Virus record (IMG/VR): IMGVR_UViG_3300047160_000446
Location: 3,037-67,036 of that record
DNA length: 64,000 nucleotides
Reading direction: 5' to 3' (one strand)
Origin: a virus
Taxonomy: Duplodnaviria; Caudoviricetes
In this document: positions 29,708-38,921 of the stretch, piece by piece
Layout of the letters: every line of letters starts with the position of its first letter
How positions within the stretch are numbered: position 1 is the first letter of the stretch
Position numbers and translations under genes: made by a program
The notes under the pieces: generated by a model
Database searches by the model: none
What the model saw: only the letters and a program-made list of their open reading frames with translations
What the model was told of the DNA's origin: nothing

Positions 29708-30868
29708 TTAAACGCCGCGCATCCGAACAACAGCGAACGGACGTTTGCAGAGGACGCCAGCCGTTGCATTGGTGTAATCCTCGACGTACGACTTCGGACG
29801 ACGCTCAACACCAAGAGTCATGAACTTGGTTTGAACCAGCTGATCGAACACGACGCCGCCATCGCTGGAGCCGTCTACCGAAGAATCGATTTTTTCGGCA
29901 AACAGATACACGACATCTTGTTGAACGCCAGAGCCGTCCAGAGTTGCGCCTTGGAATTCCGGAGCAGACATTACTTCGCACTTCGGGTACATCTGTTCGA
30001 TCCAGGCGCGAACGGTCAAACCGTAATCCGTCGAAACAGTCAGAACTTCCATTTGAGTCGTCGGCAGAACAAGACGGGTATTCACCTTTTCCGGCTTGAT
30101 TTGGTCGCGCGACTGAGTGCGAAGAGTCTGGAACATAACGCGCAAGTCTTGCGTAATGCCCTGGAAGTTCTTACCAGCCCACGGGCCGCCAGTCGGAGTC
30201 AGATACGCCAGCAAGTTAGGATCGTTCAACAGGCCGAACGTCCGATTATTGCCGTTATACCAGCCACGGAAGCCCACAGCATTCCGGAAAATTTCCAGAG
30301 ACACGGCGCAATGATCGCGAGAATCTTGCGCAAGGTTGGCGCGCATTTTGGCAGCGCGCTCTTCTTGCAATTTGCCGATATTCAGACCTTGTTCAGCGCG
30401 AACAATCGAACGGCGTTCGAAGTTGCGGTTTACCTTAACAAGCGGAATATTGGTTTGGTCGCCGTATTCGCGAGCAACGCCAGCCGGTTCCACGATGCCT
30501 TGAACGATTTCGGCATCTTCCCAGCTACCAACAGTGCGGATGCCGAGAATATCGTCAATCGAACGCGCGGCGGTCAGGACTTTTACGAAACCCGGCAGCC
30601 AAGTTTGCAGAAACTGAATCGGAGTCGGAACGCTGGGCGTGGTGATTGTCGGCGCGAAAGTGCTGTCGCCAACCATCGACGTGATGAAGCCTTCCGAATC
30701 GCGATGCAAACGCATTTGATCGATTTGTTGGCGAACGACAGATGCATCCATCGAAATGCCCATGCGACCCAATTCACGCAGGGTTTCGAGGGTGATATCT
30801 TCCGGGGTCAGTTTCAATTGCTGAACATGACGCGGGGAGATATACGAATGAGTCTGAGAAATCATCAT
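29708..30868 (-). CDS. major capsid protein (DUF2184-like)
   Basis: IQFLQTWLPG, EYGDQTNIP, FGLLNDPNL, TAGVLCKRPFAVVR. Confidence 0.92.
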   Translation of the reverse strand: MMISQTHSYISPRHVQQLKLTPEDITLETLRELGRMGISMDASVVRQQIDQMRLHRDSEGFITSMVGDSTFAPTITTPSVPTPIQFLQTWLPGFVKVLTAARSIDDILGIRTVGSWEDAEIVQGIVEPAGVAREYGDQTNIPLVKVNRNFERRSIVRAEQGLNIGKLQEERAAKMRANLAQDSRDHCAVSLEIFRNAVGFRGWYNGNNRTFGLLNDPNLLAYLTPTGGPWAGKNFQGITQDLRVMFQTLRTQSRDQIKPEKVNTRLVLPTTQMEVLTVSTDYGLTVRAWIEQMYPKCEVMSAPEFQGATLDGSGVQQDVVYLFAEKIDSSVDGSSDGGVVFDQLVQTKFMTLGVERRPKSYVEDYTNATAGVLCKRPFAVVRMRGV

Positions 30869-30886
30869 TTTCTTTGTCTCCTCTTC

Positions 30887-31504
30887 TTATTGAGTAAATT
30901 GAACGATAACCGGTTGCGAGGACGGAGCGCCTGCGCCGGATTGTGCGATAGTGGCCGGGGCTTTTACGCGACTGTTCGGGATCGGGGTAAAGCCTGCCGG
31001 AACAGTGCCGCCAGCCGGGTAGTTGACAATGCCGCCCAGCGGGATGCCTGCCGGGTTTTGTGCCGCAGTGGTCGCCGAAGTGACATATGCCAGAGCATCG
31101 CCGAAATTGACAGTTGCAGCTGCGCCAGTGCTGGGATTGAAAATCTCAGCGACTGCGATGCCCATTTCCATCAGCTGGGCGCGCGAGAACGGAGGCAGAC
31201 TGTAAGACGGAGCCAGAGGGCCGCCCGTAGCAGTGCCATACAGTTCGTATTCGTCCGGATTCACCAGCATGCCGCAGAAGTTTGCGCCACCAACGGTCGC
31301 AATCAGAGACGGCGAAGAACCGATTGCTGACAAACCCGGATCACTGGTGTATTCCGCAGAATAGCCAAAGGCGCGGCCAATGGTATTCAAGGCAACCGTT
31401 TGACCATCCAAACGATAGGAGCCAATGCGCAGCGGGCCGTCATAAATGATTTGGCCGACGAAACCTTGCGTATAGTTAAAGCCTACAGACTGTTGAAAAG
31501 CCAT
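30887..31504 (-). CDS. capsid decoration/cement protein
   Basis: MAFQQSV...GFVGQIIYDGP; between protease/scaffold and capsid genes. Confidence 0.75.
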   Translation of the reverse strand: MAFQQSVGFNYTQGFVGQIIYDGPLRIGSYRLDGQTVALNTIGRAFGYSAEYTSDPGLSAIGSSPSLIATVGGANFCGMLVNPDEYELYGTATGGPLAPSYSLPPFSRAQLMEMGIAVAEIFNPSTGAAATVNFGDALAYVTSATTAAQNPAGIPLGGIVNYPAGGTVPAGFTPIPNSRVKAPATIAQSGAGAPSSQPVIVQFTQ

Positions 31505-31507
31505 TTC

Positions 31508-32938
31508 TTATTCCTCGCTGGCGGAAAGCAGGTAAGCGCCCACTTTGTTCTTGCTGTTCGGAGTCGCGCTGTCTTGCGCGCGGGTTTGTTTGGCAGCAGT
31601 TGCACGAACCGCATTCGTCCGTTCGACAGCGGTCAAATAACTGTCAAGAGCAATGCCTTCTTGGCCCTTGGAGCATTTGATTTTCAGCTTTTGAACGCCG
31701 TAAAGCTCAACGCCGCGACGGTCCATTTTTGCGCTGTCGAAAGTGCCAATGACGTTGGACAGGCGGCTAGCCAGCTTGTCAGCAGCAACGATGTCTTCGC
31801 GAATTTTCTTTGTCATGCGAGACACAAAAGCGGCGTCGCCTACTGCGGGCGAGTTTTCGCCTTTAGCCGGCTTATTCATTTCTTCTCCTTCGTCTGCGAT
31901 TCGTTCCGGAACACCTTCGCCTAGCGTGCTTTCTTCGTCTTCGGCTTTTTCTTCCTTGGACTCTTCTTCGTCTTCGGCCTTTTCGGTTTCTTCGTCCATC
32001 TCGGTTTTTCCTTCGCCTTCATCGCCGGTTTGGCCGGCCATGCCTTGAAGGGTGGAAATAACCTGATTCAGAGCGCCGATAACTTGGCTAAGCGGATTTC
32101 CGCCTTCTTCGCCTTCGTCTTCGCCTTCTTGGCCGAATTCGCCACTTGCAGCAGGAACAGCCGGCTCAATTTCTTGATCGGCTTCAGAACCGCCCATTTC
32201 TGCGCCGCCTTGATGGGCTGGTTCGGTCGCCTCCTCGCTGAGAAATTCTTGCAAGGCTGGAAGCAGCTGCTTCAGTTGTTCAACAGCATTGTCCATTGCT
32301 TTGCGGGACTTGGAATCCATCGCGCGGCGCGGGCCTTTGCCTTTCTTGTTTCCTTGAATAGCCATGCTATTACCTCTTTGGGGAATGATATTAAAATCTA
32401 AATGGTCAAAGACCAGCCCATCCAACACCCGCGCGCCTTCTACTCTCGCTTCATCTACTAAAGCAATGTGGTTGCCGCGCATATTCGTCTGAACGAATTC
32501 GTATGGCTGTCCTTCAAATGTTCCAGACTGCTCCAAAAACTTGCAGGCATATCCAAGAGAAACCGGAGTTTTTCCTGTTTCGATATCTTCCTGCATTTGG
32601 CGAGAAAAAACTTTCAAATCAGCCATCATCCAGGGATCGGAGAACCAGACATTTCCAGTCATGATCCCATCAATTCCGTAATCCTCAGGAGCGGTCAAGC
32701 CGCTGTCTTTATCGCCTGATAGATATTCGTGATTGTTGATGAAGGGTAGGTTTTGGAAACTCGCCAAAGCTTCCGGATCAGTAAGAGCAGATTTAGGACG
32801 GTAAACTTTAACGATTCTATTCGGATCGCCAGAAGCGCCGACTTGAGCAGCGCTATAATCAAAAATGCCATAGCTGGATACAGGACAGCCCTTAATCGTC
32901 ATGTAGCCATTTGAGTCTATTTCTCTCGCTGTAGCCAT
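31508..32938 (-). CDS. prohead protease/scaffold (DUF2213-like)
   Basis: DSNGYMTIKGCP, VSLGY, NHIALVDEARVEGARVLD; acidic scaffold half. Confidence 0.9.
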   Translation of the reverse strand: MATAREIDSNGYMTIKGCPVSSYGIFDYSAAQVGASGDPNRIVKVYRPKSALTDPEALASFQNLPFINNHEYLSGDKDSGLTAPEDYGIDGIMTGNVWFSDPWMMADLKVFSRQMQEDIETGKTPVSLGYACKFLEQSGTFEGQPYEFVQTNMRGNHIALVDEARVEGARVLDGLVFDHLDFNIIPQRGNSMAIQGNKKGKGPRRAMDSKSRKAMDNAVEQLKQLLPALQEFLSEEATEPAHQGGAEMGGSEADQEIEPAVPAASGEFGQEGEDEGEEGGNPLSQVIGALNQVISTLQGMAGQTGDEGEGKTEMDEETEKAEDEEESKEEKAEDEESTLGEGVPERIADEGEEMNKPAKGENSPAVGDAAFVSRMTKKIREDIVAADKLASRLSNVIGTFDSAKMDRRGVELYGVQKLKIKCSKGQEGIALDSYLTAVERTNAVRATAAKQTRAQDSATPNSKNKVGAYLLSASEE

Positions 32939-32969
32939 ATTCGCTCATAACCTTAAGTAGCCATTAGCT

Positions 32970-32999
32970 ATTATAAACTGTCCTAATAGGGAAGATCAA
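32970..32999 (-). promoter_or_regulatory. sigma70-type promoter for head operon
   Basis: TTGATC-18 nt-TATAAT. Confidence 0.6.
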
Positions 33000-33015
33000 G
33001 GCGGCGCAACCGTTT

Positions 33016-33240
33016 TTATTTAAGCATAGCCTTTAAAGCGTCCCGTACCATGCACAAATCGTTAATTAGTCGCGTTATTCCCTCTCCTTGGTCTCGGCTT
33101 TGCGCGGCTTTCTTGGCTACATTACTTCTTTGCTTTGAATAACCGATGGCTACAGCTTGTTTAGGGTCTTTTCCTGCTTCAATCTCCCTTTCAATATTCT
33201 TTTCCCTGGATTCTTTTGTCGTTCCTTCAGACAAAGGCAT
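33016..33240 (-). CDS. small head-module protein
   Basis: MPL..G...NI..EI.AGK..KQAVAI.YS pattern, recalled from phage head modules. Confidence 0.7.
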   Translation of the reverse strand: MPLSEGTTKESREKNIEREIEAGKDPKQAVAIGYSKQRSNVAKKAAQSRDQGEGITRLINDLCMVRDALKAMLK

Positions 33241-33242
33241 TA

Positions 33243-33596
33243 TTAATTCTCCGTGGTTGAAACAGTCGGCGGTTCTTGATATTTGATTTCTTCGTTTGCT
33301 TTCTCGTCTGAATACAGTTCCGGATTTGCCTTCCTTTCTTTGAACTCAGAAAATGCAGTCATAAGAATTTCCATTGCATCGCGACCGTCTTCATTCTTCA
33401 AAAACTCTTCCAGGGTATTAACGTCTTCGAGAAGGGTTTTCCTTTGTTCATTCGTAAAAACTTGAGGAGTCGGCATACTGGCCAAAGACGCAACTTGACT
33501 TTGCAGAGCCTGACGGATCAAATACATCTGAGTAGCAGGACGAGTTAATTGTTTGCGGATTTCAGCGAGATGCGAAAACAGAGGAGACATTTCCAT
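33243..33596 (-). CDS. hypothetical acidic protein
   Basis: 117-aa ORF, AAGGA RBS. Confidence 0.7.
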   Translation of the reverse strand: MEMSPLFSHLAEIRKQLTRPATQMYLIRQALQSQVASLASMPTPQVFTNEQRKTLLEDVNTLEEFLKNEDGRDAMEILMTAFSEFKERKANPELYSDEKANEEIKYQEPPTVSTTEN

Positions 33597-33617
33597 TATT
33601 TCTTTCCTTATAAATTT

Positions 33618-33658
33618 AAAAGCGCGGAAAGCCTAATCAAAGACCTTCCGCGCTCTTT
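33618..33658 (-). terminator. intrinsic terminator after Gly-rich gene
   Basis: AGCGCGGAA...TTCCGCGCT inverted repeat followed by T run on the minus strand. Confidence 0.7.
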
Positions 33659-33673
33659 ACCTATTTAGCCTAA

Positions 33674-34579
33674 TTAGGCTACGCGGGTGTTTGCGGCAGC
33701 TTGAGTTGCGCTGCCCGTCATCGTGCCGGAATTGAACACGACTTGTCCTTGACGAATTGCCTGGACATCGTGATGCAGAGCACCGAAGGTGTTGATAAGC
33801 GCCTGGAACTGTTGTTGCTGTTGGGCTTGCGCTTGAACTTGGGCAACGTTCTGGCTGACGTTCACTTCCACGCCGCGAGCGGCATGATTAGCGCGCGATT
33901 CAGCAAGTTCAGCTTGCAGTTCGGCAATGGTATTCGCATCAATCTTGCTACCAAGACCGCAGATAGCGGTCAGGATAGCTTGAGTGTTCGAAGAGTTTGC
34001 TTGCAGCGAAAGAGCGATACCATTTTGCACGGTATCCTTAATTGCGCTGGCGGCTTGCAATTGACTGATGTTGTTCTGGTTCAGGATGTTCGAAAGCTCA
34101 TTGGTCTGAGACAGAATCGAATTCTGAACTTGCAAAGCGCTGTTCGGGATTTCGCCCTGAATAGTGCCGAGCTTATCCATCAGCAACAATTGGTTGGTGC
34201 AACCAGCGCCAGCGACGGAGTCGAACGCAGCACGTTCGCAACCGCCGCCATCACGGCCACCAAACAGACCGCCACGATTGCCCAGCAGCGCGCCAATCAG
34301 CAGGCCGCCAAGCAAACCACCGCCACCACCACCACCAAAACCGAAGCCGCCAAGACCTCCGATACTTTCGATGTTTTCGGATACCATGTGATTATCACCT
34401 TTTGTTTGTTTGTGGACTTTGTGAACTTTCTCGCCAATCTTTTCCATGCCTTTGTGCAGCTTTTCAAAACGCTTTTCACTGCGCTTCTCATGCTGTTCAA
34501 GAGTCATGGGATGTTTGGCCATGTCGTGTTCTGACATAGCAGTAGATTGGCTGGAGGGAGTGAGGCTATAGCCTTCCAT
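33674..34579 (-). CDS. Gly-rich/Gln-Asn-rich protein with hydrophobic glycine-zipper segment
   Basis: GGLGGFGFGGGGGGGLLGGLLIGALLG; Q/N-rich C-terminal half; GGAG RBS. Confidence 0.85.
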   Translation of the reverse strand: MEGYSLTPSSQSTAMSEHDMAKHPMTLEQHEKRSEKRFEKLHKGMEKIGEKVHKVHKQTKGDNHMVSENIESIGGLGGFGFGGGGGGGLLGGLLIGALLGNRGGLFGGRDGGGCERAAFDSVAGAGCTNQLLLMDKLGTIQGEIPNSALQVQNSILSQTNELSNILNQNNISQLQAASAIKDTVQNGIALSLQANSSNTQAILTAICGLGSKIDANTIAELQAELAESRANHAARGVEVNVSQNVAQVQAQAQQQQQFQALINTFGALHHDVQAIRQGQVVFNSGTMTGSATQAAANTRVA

Positions 34580-34625
34580 TTATTATCTCTCCAGATTTTT
34601 TGAACACGGCGAACGCCGCACTAGA

Positions 34626-34654
34626 ATTATACGCAAATATACTAGCGCTTACAA
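34626..34654 (-). promoter_or_regulatory. sigma70 promoter
   Basis: TTGTAA-17 nt-TATAAT upstream of the Gly-rich gene. Confidence 0.75.
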
Positions 34655-34666
34655 CTGATTTAATCA

Positions 34667-35308
34667 TCAAACATTATTAACAATGCGCTGGATACAAAGG
34701 GTTATTTGATTGATAGTCATATTTGCTCCGGAATCGTTTTTCAGTCCAAGAAGGAAACCGCTATTTGTGTAGCTATCGTTTTCTGAACTGGTGTAATCGA
34801 CAAAAGTAACTTCGCGATTAACGACAGAATTCCCGATGACTTTGAATTGATCGATAGAACTTATTATCTCTTTAGACTCCGGTTTGCTTGTCAACACATA
34901 CCATTGTCTAGTTCTTCCGTTTTCTCCTCCTACAGTTCCAGAGATTTTCACAGAGATTAATATCTGAGTTTTTCCGTGAACAGCAGGGAATTTGAACGCG
35001 GCGCTTGACGTGTCAATATGGGCATCGTTTGAATCAAACTTTTCAAAAGCCGATGCATCAAAGTTAAAGTATGCGTCTGGCGGCACTCTAATATCGCCGC
35101 GCCATGCAAACGTGTCTTGAGTGAAGTTTTTCATTATTGCTCTTTCTACTGTTTGACGGTCAGTTGGTGATAAAGATTGAGACAACATCATTCTTGCTAC
35201 GTAAGGCTCTCCGTTTTCAGGATCAACGAACGCTGCTCCTAGTGCAAATTGTTGGTTTATTATTGGATCGTTCGACGGTATCTTTACTTCCATTGTTATT
35301 AATCTCAT
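34667..35308 (-). CDS. accessory structural protein with beta-rich C-terminal domain
   Basis: N-terminus resembles that of 35305-37182; ATGA overlap. Confidence 0.75.
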   Translation of the reverse strand: MRLITMEVKIPSNDPIINQQFALGAAFVDPENGEPYVARMMLSQSLSPTDRQTVERAIMKNFTQDTFAWRGDIRVPPDAYFNFDASAFEKFDSNDAHIDTSSAAFKFPAVHGKTQILISVKISGTVGGENGRTRQWYVLTSKPESKEIISSIDQFKVIGNSVVNREVTFVDYTSSENDSYTNSGFLLGLKNDSGANMTINQITLCIQRIVNNV

Positions 35309-37182
35309 TTAGGCGTTCCGATTGGAACCATTGAAAAGAAAGGAAGCTCTCTATCTACCGATTGCTTTGAAACAGATAAATTATTCCCTGCTGTGTGATA
35401 GATTCCTACTTCGAATGTATCGCCGGCATTGCACTTAACAATAGCATTACACTCTTGTCGTATAACATTTGTTCTTCCCCAAATCGACTGAGTATTAAAC
35501 GCATATCTTGCGTTTCTGTCACCCCCTTTGAAAATAAAAATTTCTCTGTGCCCCGTGTCGTCTCCGGGCCATGAAACGGCGGCGCTGATTAAATAAACTC
35601 CAGTTCTAGGGGCTGTCAAAACAGACTGATATGTAGACGATGTGTAATTATTCGAATCATAGACTGTGTCCCATGCGCTTATAACGTGAAGGCTTGCATT
35701 ACCAATTGTCAAAATTACATCTGATAATCGCAATTTACATCCTGTATCTAAGACAGGATTAGATTTCAAAACATATCTTGCGTCTCCGTTAATCGTGTCG
35801 ATTATATCTCTTCTATTTGATCCATTATTGTCTTCTATTTGCGGCTGAGTTCCACCGGTGTGTTCTCTTATGGTGACGCCGCCGCCATATCTTTTATATA
35901 TCGCACAACCGCCCATCATCATTAATCCATAGCCATCTGTGAGCGTATTTAAATGGCTGTTGGCAAATGAATTATTTCCTGTGAATGCATTATTGCCTGC
36001 TGCCGTCACATCACCAATTCCGCCAACAGGGCGGCTATCAACATATTGCTTTGTGGCGGCCCCTAATGCCGATGTCGGATCGGCATTCAAAATTAGCGAA
36101 CCTGTCATTGTCGCGCCTGCTTTTGAAACCCCATTGACAGTATCTAAAATAGCTCTTCTAGAAGTTCCGTCTTGACTTTCTATTTCGGGCTGATTCGCTC
36201 CGCCTTGAACGATTCTTAAAGGGTTTCCGGTTTTAACTCTAATAGACCAGCCAGCGCCAAAATTCACCCCGTTATCTACAGCAACATTCAAGACTTGAGA
36301 AAATGAATTCGATCCGGTAAAAGCATTATCTCCAGCTTTAGTCACATCCCCAATATAAACAGGCTTGGAATCAATATATTGTTTTGTAGCTGCTTCTAGC
36401 GGCTGAACTGGATCGGCATACAGTATCAGCGGGCCTAACATAGAAGAGCCTATTCTCGCGACTCCATTGTCAGTGTCTAAAATATCTCTTTCGTTTAACC
36501 CGTTATTATTTTCTATCTTTGGCTGATGATCGCCCGAAGCAGTTCTTAAAATTATTCCGCCGCCCGCTTTCTTGTAGATATACCCCTGATTTGCGAATTC
36601 AACGCCCGCGCCATCAGTCATAATTCTTAAATGATTTCCTTCTAGTGATGTTGGCCCTTTTAATCTTGTGATGCTTAGGAAATCATTTTGAGAGATGAAA
36701 GTTTGATTAGCATCTAGCAATGCGACGTTAGGAGGGATTCCGCGAAGATTGGAAACGGCTTCCAGATACCAGAAGTTAGTTATCGGGTCGAACGCCGTTC
36801 TTACAGTTGTGTTCCAAGGGACAGAAACAGTGTCCAAAGGCAATGGGCTGCCAGCTGCAATAAATTGCCTTCCCGTTATGCTGCTTATGATCATTGTCGG
36901 TCTTGTTTGATCATCTCCAAGATTGGCGAAGTTATAAGAGGTCCCTTGCGTGAATTCCGGAATTCTTATTTCAATATCCCTGTCAGATAGACCGATAACA
37001 TCTGAACCTGCGGTTTCCTGCGGCAGGTCTAAATTTTCTCTCGTCACGACAACACGAATAAAAGCGCTTGGGCCTAATTCGCCTATTTTGTATGGATTGC
37101 CTGTCGCCGGATCAATCGGCATAATACCAACTGTGTAATGATCATTTGTTATATGCGAGTCTGACGGAACTTTAACTTCCAT
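35305..37182 (-). CDS. fibre-like protein with internal repeats and C1q/TNF-like tip
   Basis: ADP...AATKQY.DS repeats; TAPRTGVYLISAAV. Confidence 0.8.
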   Translation of the reverse strand: MEVKVPSDSHITNDHYTVGIMPIDPATGNPYKIGELGPSAFIRVVVTRENLDLPQETAGSDVIGLSDRDIEIRIPEFTQGTSYNFANLGDDQTRPTMIISSITGRQFIAAGSPLPLDTVSVPWNTTVRTAFDPITNFWYLEAVSNLRGIPPNVALLDANQTFISQNDFLSITRLKGPTSLEGNHLRIMTDGAGVEFANQGYIYKKAGGGIILRTASGDHQPKIENNNGLNERDILDTDNGVARIGSSMLGPLILYADPVQPLEAATKQYIDSKPVYIGDVTKAGDNAFTGSNSFSQVLNVAVDNGVNFGAGWSIRVKTGNPLRIVQGGANQPEIESQDGTSRRAILDTVNGVSKAGATMTGSLILNADPTSALGAATKQYVDSRPVGGIGDVTAAGNNAFTGNNSFANSHLNTLTDGYGLMMMGGCAIYKRYGGGVTIREHTGGTQPQIEDNNGSNRRDIIDTINGDARYVLKSNPVLDTGCKLRLSDVILTIGNASLHVISAWDTVYDSNNYTSSTYQSVLTAPRTGVYLISAAVSWPGDDTGHREIFIFKGGDRNARYAFNTQSIWGRTNVIRQECNAIVKCNAGDTFEVGIYHTAGNNLSVSKQSVDRELPFFSMVPIGTPK

Positions 37183-37183
37183 T

Positions 37184-37426
37184 TTAATTTCTTTCTAGGA
37201 GGTTCACTAAAGTTGTGCTGTGATGTTCTGCCATGTTCAGCGGCAGGATTGCTTGAATGGGATTTATTGATATAAAGAAATCGTTCAATTCTGGAATAAG
37301 AATTAAATTGAATTGCATCTTTCCAAAACTGAACGATCCGACATTTGCAGACGCGGCAACAGTGAATTTCTGTTTGTTTCCGCGTTTATCTATTAGCATG
37401 TAAACTGTCGGAATCATAAGCACCAC
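37184..37426 (-). CDS. small hypothetical protein
   Basis: 80-aa ORF ending 2 bp before the fibre-like gene start. Confidence 0.5.
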   Translation of the reverse strand: MVLMIPTVYMLIDKRGNKQKFTVAASANVGSFSFGKMQFNLILIPELNDFFISINPIQAILPLNMAEHHSTTLVNLLERN

Positions 37427-37536
37427 TTTTAAAAGTTCGTTTAAACACTACAAATAACAATTATTCTAATCCGGCGCGCCACAGATAGGAAGTTCGCTGA
37501 GTGTTGCGGGGACATCATACGAAATCGCAAAAAGTG

Positions 37537-37565
37537 TTGACGTGCGAAAACGTGTCAGGTATGAT
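37537..37565 (+). promoter_or_regulatory. sigma70 promoter driving + strand island
   Basis: TTGACG-17 nt-TATGAT. Confidence 0.8.
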
Positions 37566-37636
37566 TCATCACATCAGCAGCGGAAACCAAGCTGCGAACC
37601 ACGGCAGAATGGCCGAACTTAGAAAGGAAAGAACTC

Positions 37637-38023
37637 ATGAAACAAAAGACTTTTTCTCGCACTGTTGATAACATGCTGCATAAGAAAATGGACGTGCGCC
37701 GGATGCGTCGTCTTTATCGCACAGCTGTGGAAGTGAATCGAAGAAACCAATCCTTCGGCGCGCAAGAAAGCGTAGAGTTCGCCCGTAAGACTTTGAACAG
37801 AATTGATCATCGCATGTCCAAGTATGTTAAGAAGTTCAACGCTGCTCTTGAGCGCGAGCAAGCGGCCAAAGCCGCGCCCGATCAAATGGACATCGCTTTG
37901 AAATCCGTCCCGGCAAAGCCCGCCGTTATCGAAGTTGCGTCTATCGAAGTTCCCGCAGAAATCAAAGTTCGCAAAACTCCGGCCCGCGATGCGAAGGGCC
38001 GTTTCATTAAAGCTGCGGCTTGA
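37637..38023 (+). CDS. basic hypothetical protein ending in RDAKGRF motif
   Basis: 128 aa, AGAAAGGAAAGAACTC-ATG. Confidence 0.85.
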   Translation: MKQKTFSRTVDNMLHKKMDVRRMRRLYRTAVEVNRRNQSFGAQESVEFARKTLNRIDHRMSKYVKKFNAALEREQAAKAAPDQMDIALKSVPAKPAVIEVASIEVPAEIKVRKTPARDAKGRFIKAAA

Positions 38024-38035
38024 GGAGAAATCAGA

Positions 38036-38395
38036 ATGCTCAAAGGGATTTCTAACGGAAATTTTTCTGCTCTTGTTGTCTTTCCTGAGGGTAGGAATCA
38101 GATAGGAGTTTACAAAGGTCCTATACGAGAGCTAAACGGAAAGACGGCTCTCATAAGGCCCAATTTGTGCAAAGAATATTTGCTCGCACAATTTGATCAA
38201 TTCGGCCTGACTCATGTCTACGGAGATGAAAAAGTTGATCTTTCTCATGGATGGCATGGATTTCTTAAATCAGAATTCAAAATAATTTGCAGAGAATGCA
38301 ATGGTTCTGGCGTAGAAGTTAGCAGTGAAGGTAACTATCACAAATGTTCGTATTGTGATGGCAAAGGATCGTTCAAAATTTATGATGGGCTGTAA
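38036..38395 (+). CDS. protein with C-terminal DnaJ-type zinc finger
   Basis: CRECNGSG...CSYCDGKG; GAGGAG RBS. Confidence 0.75.
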   Translation: MLKGISNGNFSALVVFPEGRNQIGVYKGPIRELNGKTALIRPNLCKEYLLAQFDQFGLTHVYGDEKVDLSHGWHGFLKSEFKIICRECNGSGVEVSSEGNYHKCSYCDGKGSFKIYDGL

Positions 38396-38426
38396 TTCGC
38401 AGCCTTTAACCGTCGAAAGGTAAAAC

Positions 38427-38882
38427 ATGCTTTACATATTTGATTTGGATGGCACGCTTGCAAACATCGATCATCGTTTGAAACACATCGAAGGCGATAA
38501 GAAAGATTGGTCCGCATTCTATAAGGCTTGCGTTTATGATCAACCGAATGAATCCGTTATCGGTCTTCTGAACGCGTTGAGCGATGGCGGCGAACATGAG
38601 TTTGTAATCTGGACTGGACGAAGCGAAGAAGTTCGGGAAGAAACAATTCAATGGTTCTATGATAACACCGGCCTTTACCTCGAAGAAATCGAAGATATTT
38701 TGCGGATGCGTCCGGAAGGCAATTTCGAATCTGGAGCGAAGCTGAAAAAGCAATGGCTTGATGAATTTCGCGAACATCGTGGCGACTTGAACGAATCCGG
38801 CGACATTTGCGCGATTGAAGATGAAGAAAAGGTTTGCCAGATGTGGAAAGAAAACGGCGTTGCAGTTCTGCGCGTTCTGTAA
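38427..38882 (+). CDS. HAD-family phosphatase (PNKP phosphatase-like)
   Basis: FDLDGTLA, WTGRSE, LRMRP, IED..VCQMW motifs. Confidence 0.9.
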   Translation: MLYIFDLDGTLANIDHRLKHIEGDKKDWSAFYKACVYDQPNESVIGLLNALSDGGEHEFVIWTGRSEEVREETIQWFYDNTGLYLEEIEDILRMRPEGNFESGAKLKKQWLDEFREHRGDLNESGDICAIEDEEKVCQMWKENGVAVLRVL

Positions 38883-38891
38883 ATGAAGTGA

Positions 38892-38908
38892 GCGGCAAAC
38901 ATCGCCGC
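38892..38908. terminator. hairpin between convergent genes
   Basis: GCGGC-N7-GCCGC. Confidence 0.45.
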
Positions 38909-38921
38909 CCAAACTGATTAA

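Noticed and set aside
29831-31330. 499-aa + strand ORF opposite capsid and decoration genes
   Set aside because: Antisense shadow of strongly codon-biased genes; no RBS or recognisable motifs.
31925-31985. Short repeats in scaffold (EKAEDEE x2) and portal linker (PKAEA-type, about 44020-44090)
   Set aside because: Ordinary low-complexity linker repeats.
33701-34534. 277-aa + strand ORF opposite the Gly-rich gene
   Set aside because: The - strand has the promoter, RBS and terminator; this frame is its shadow.
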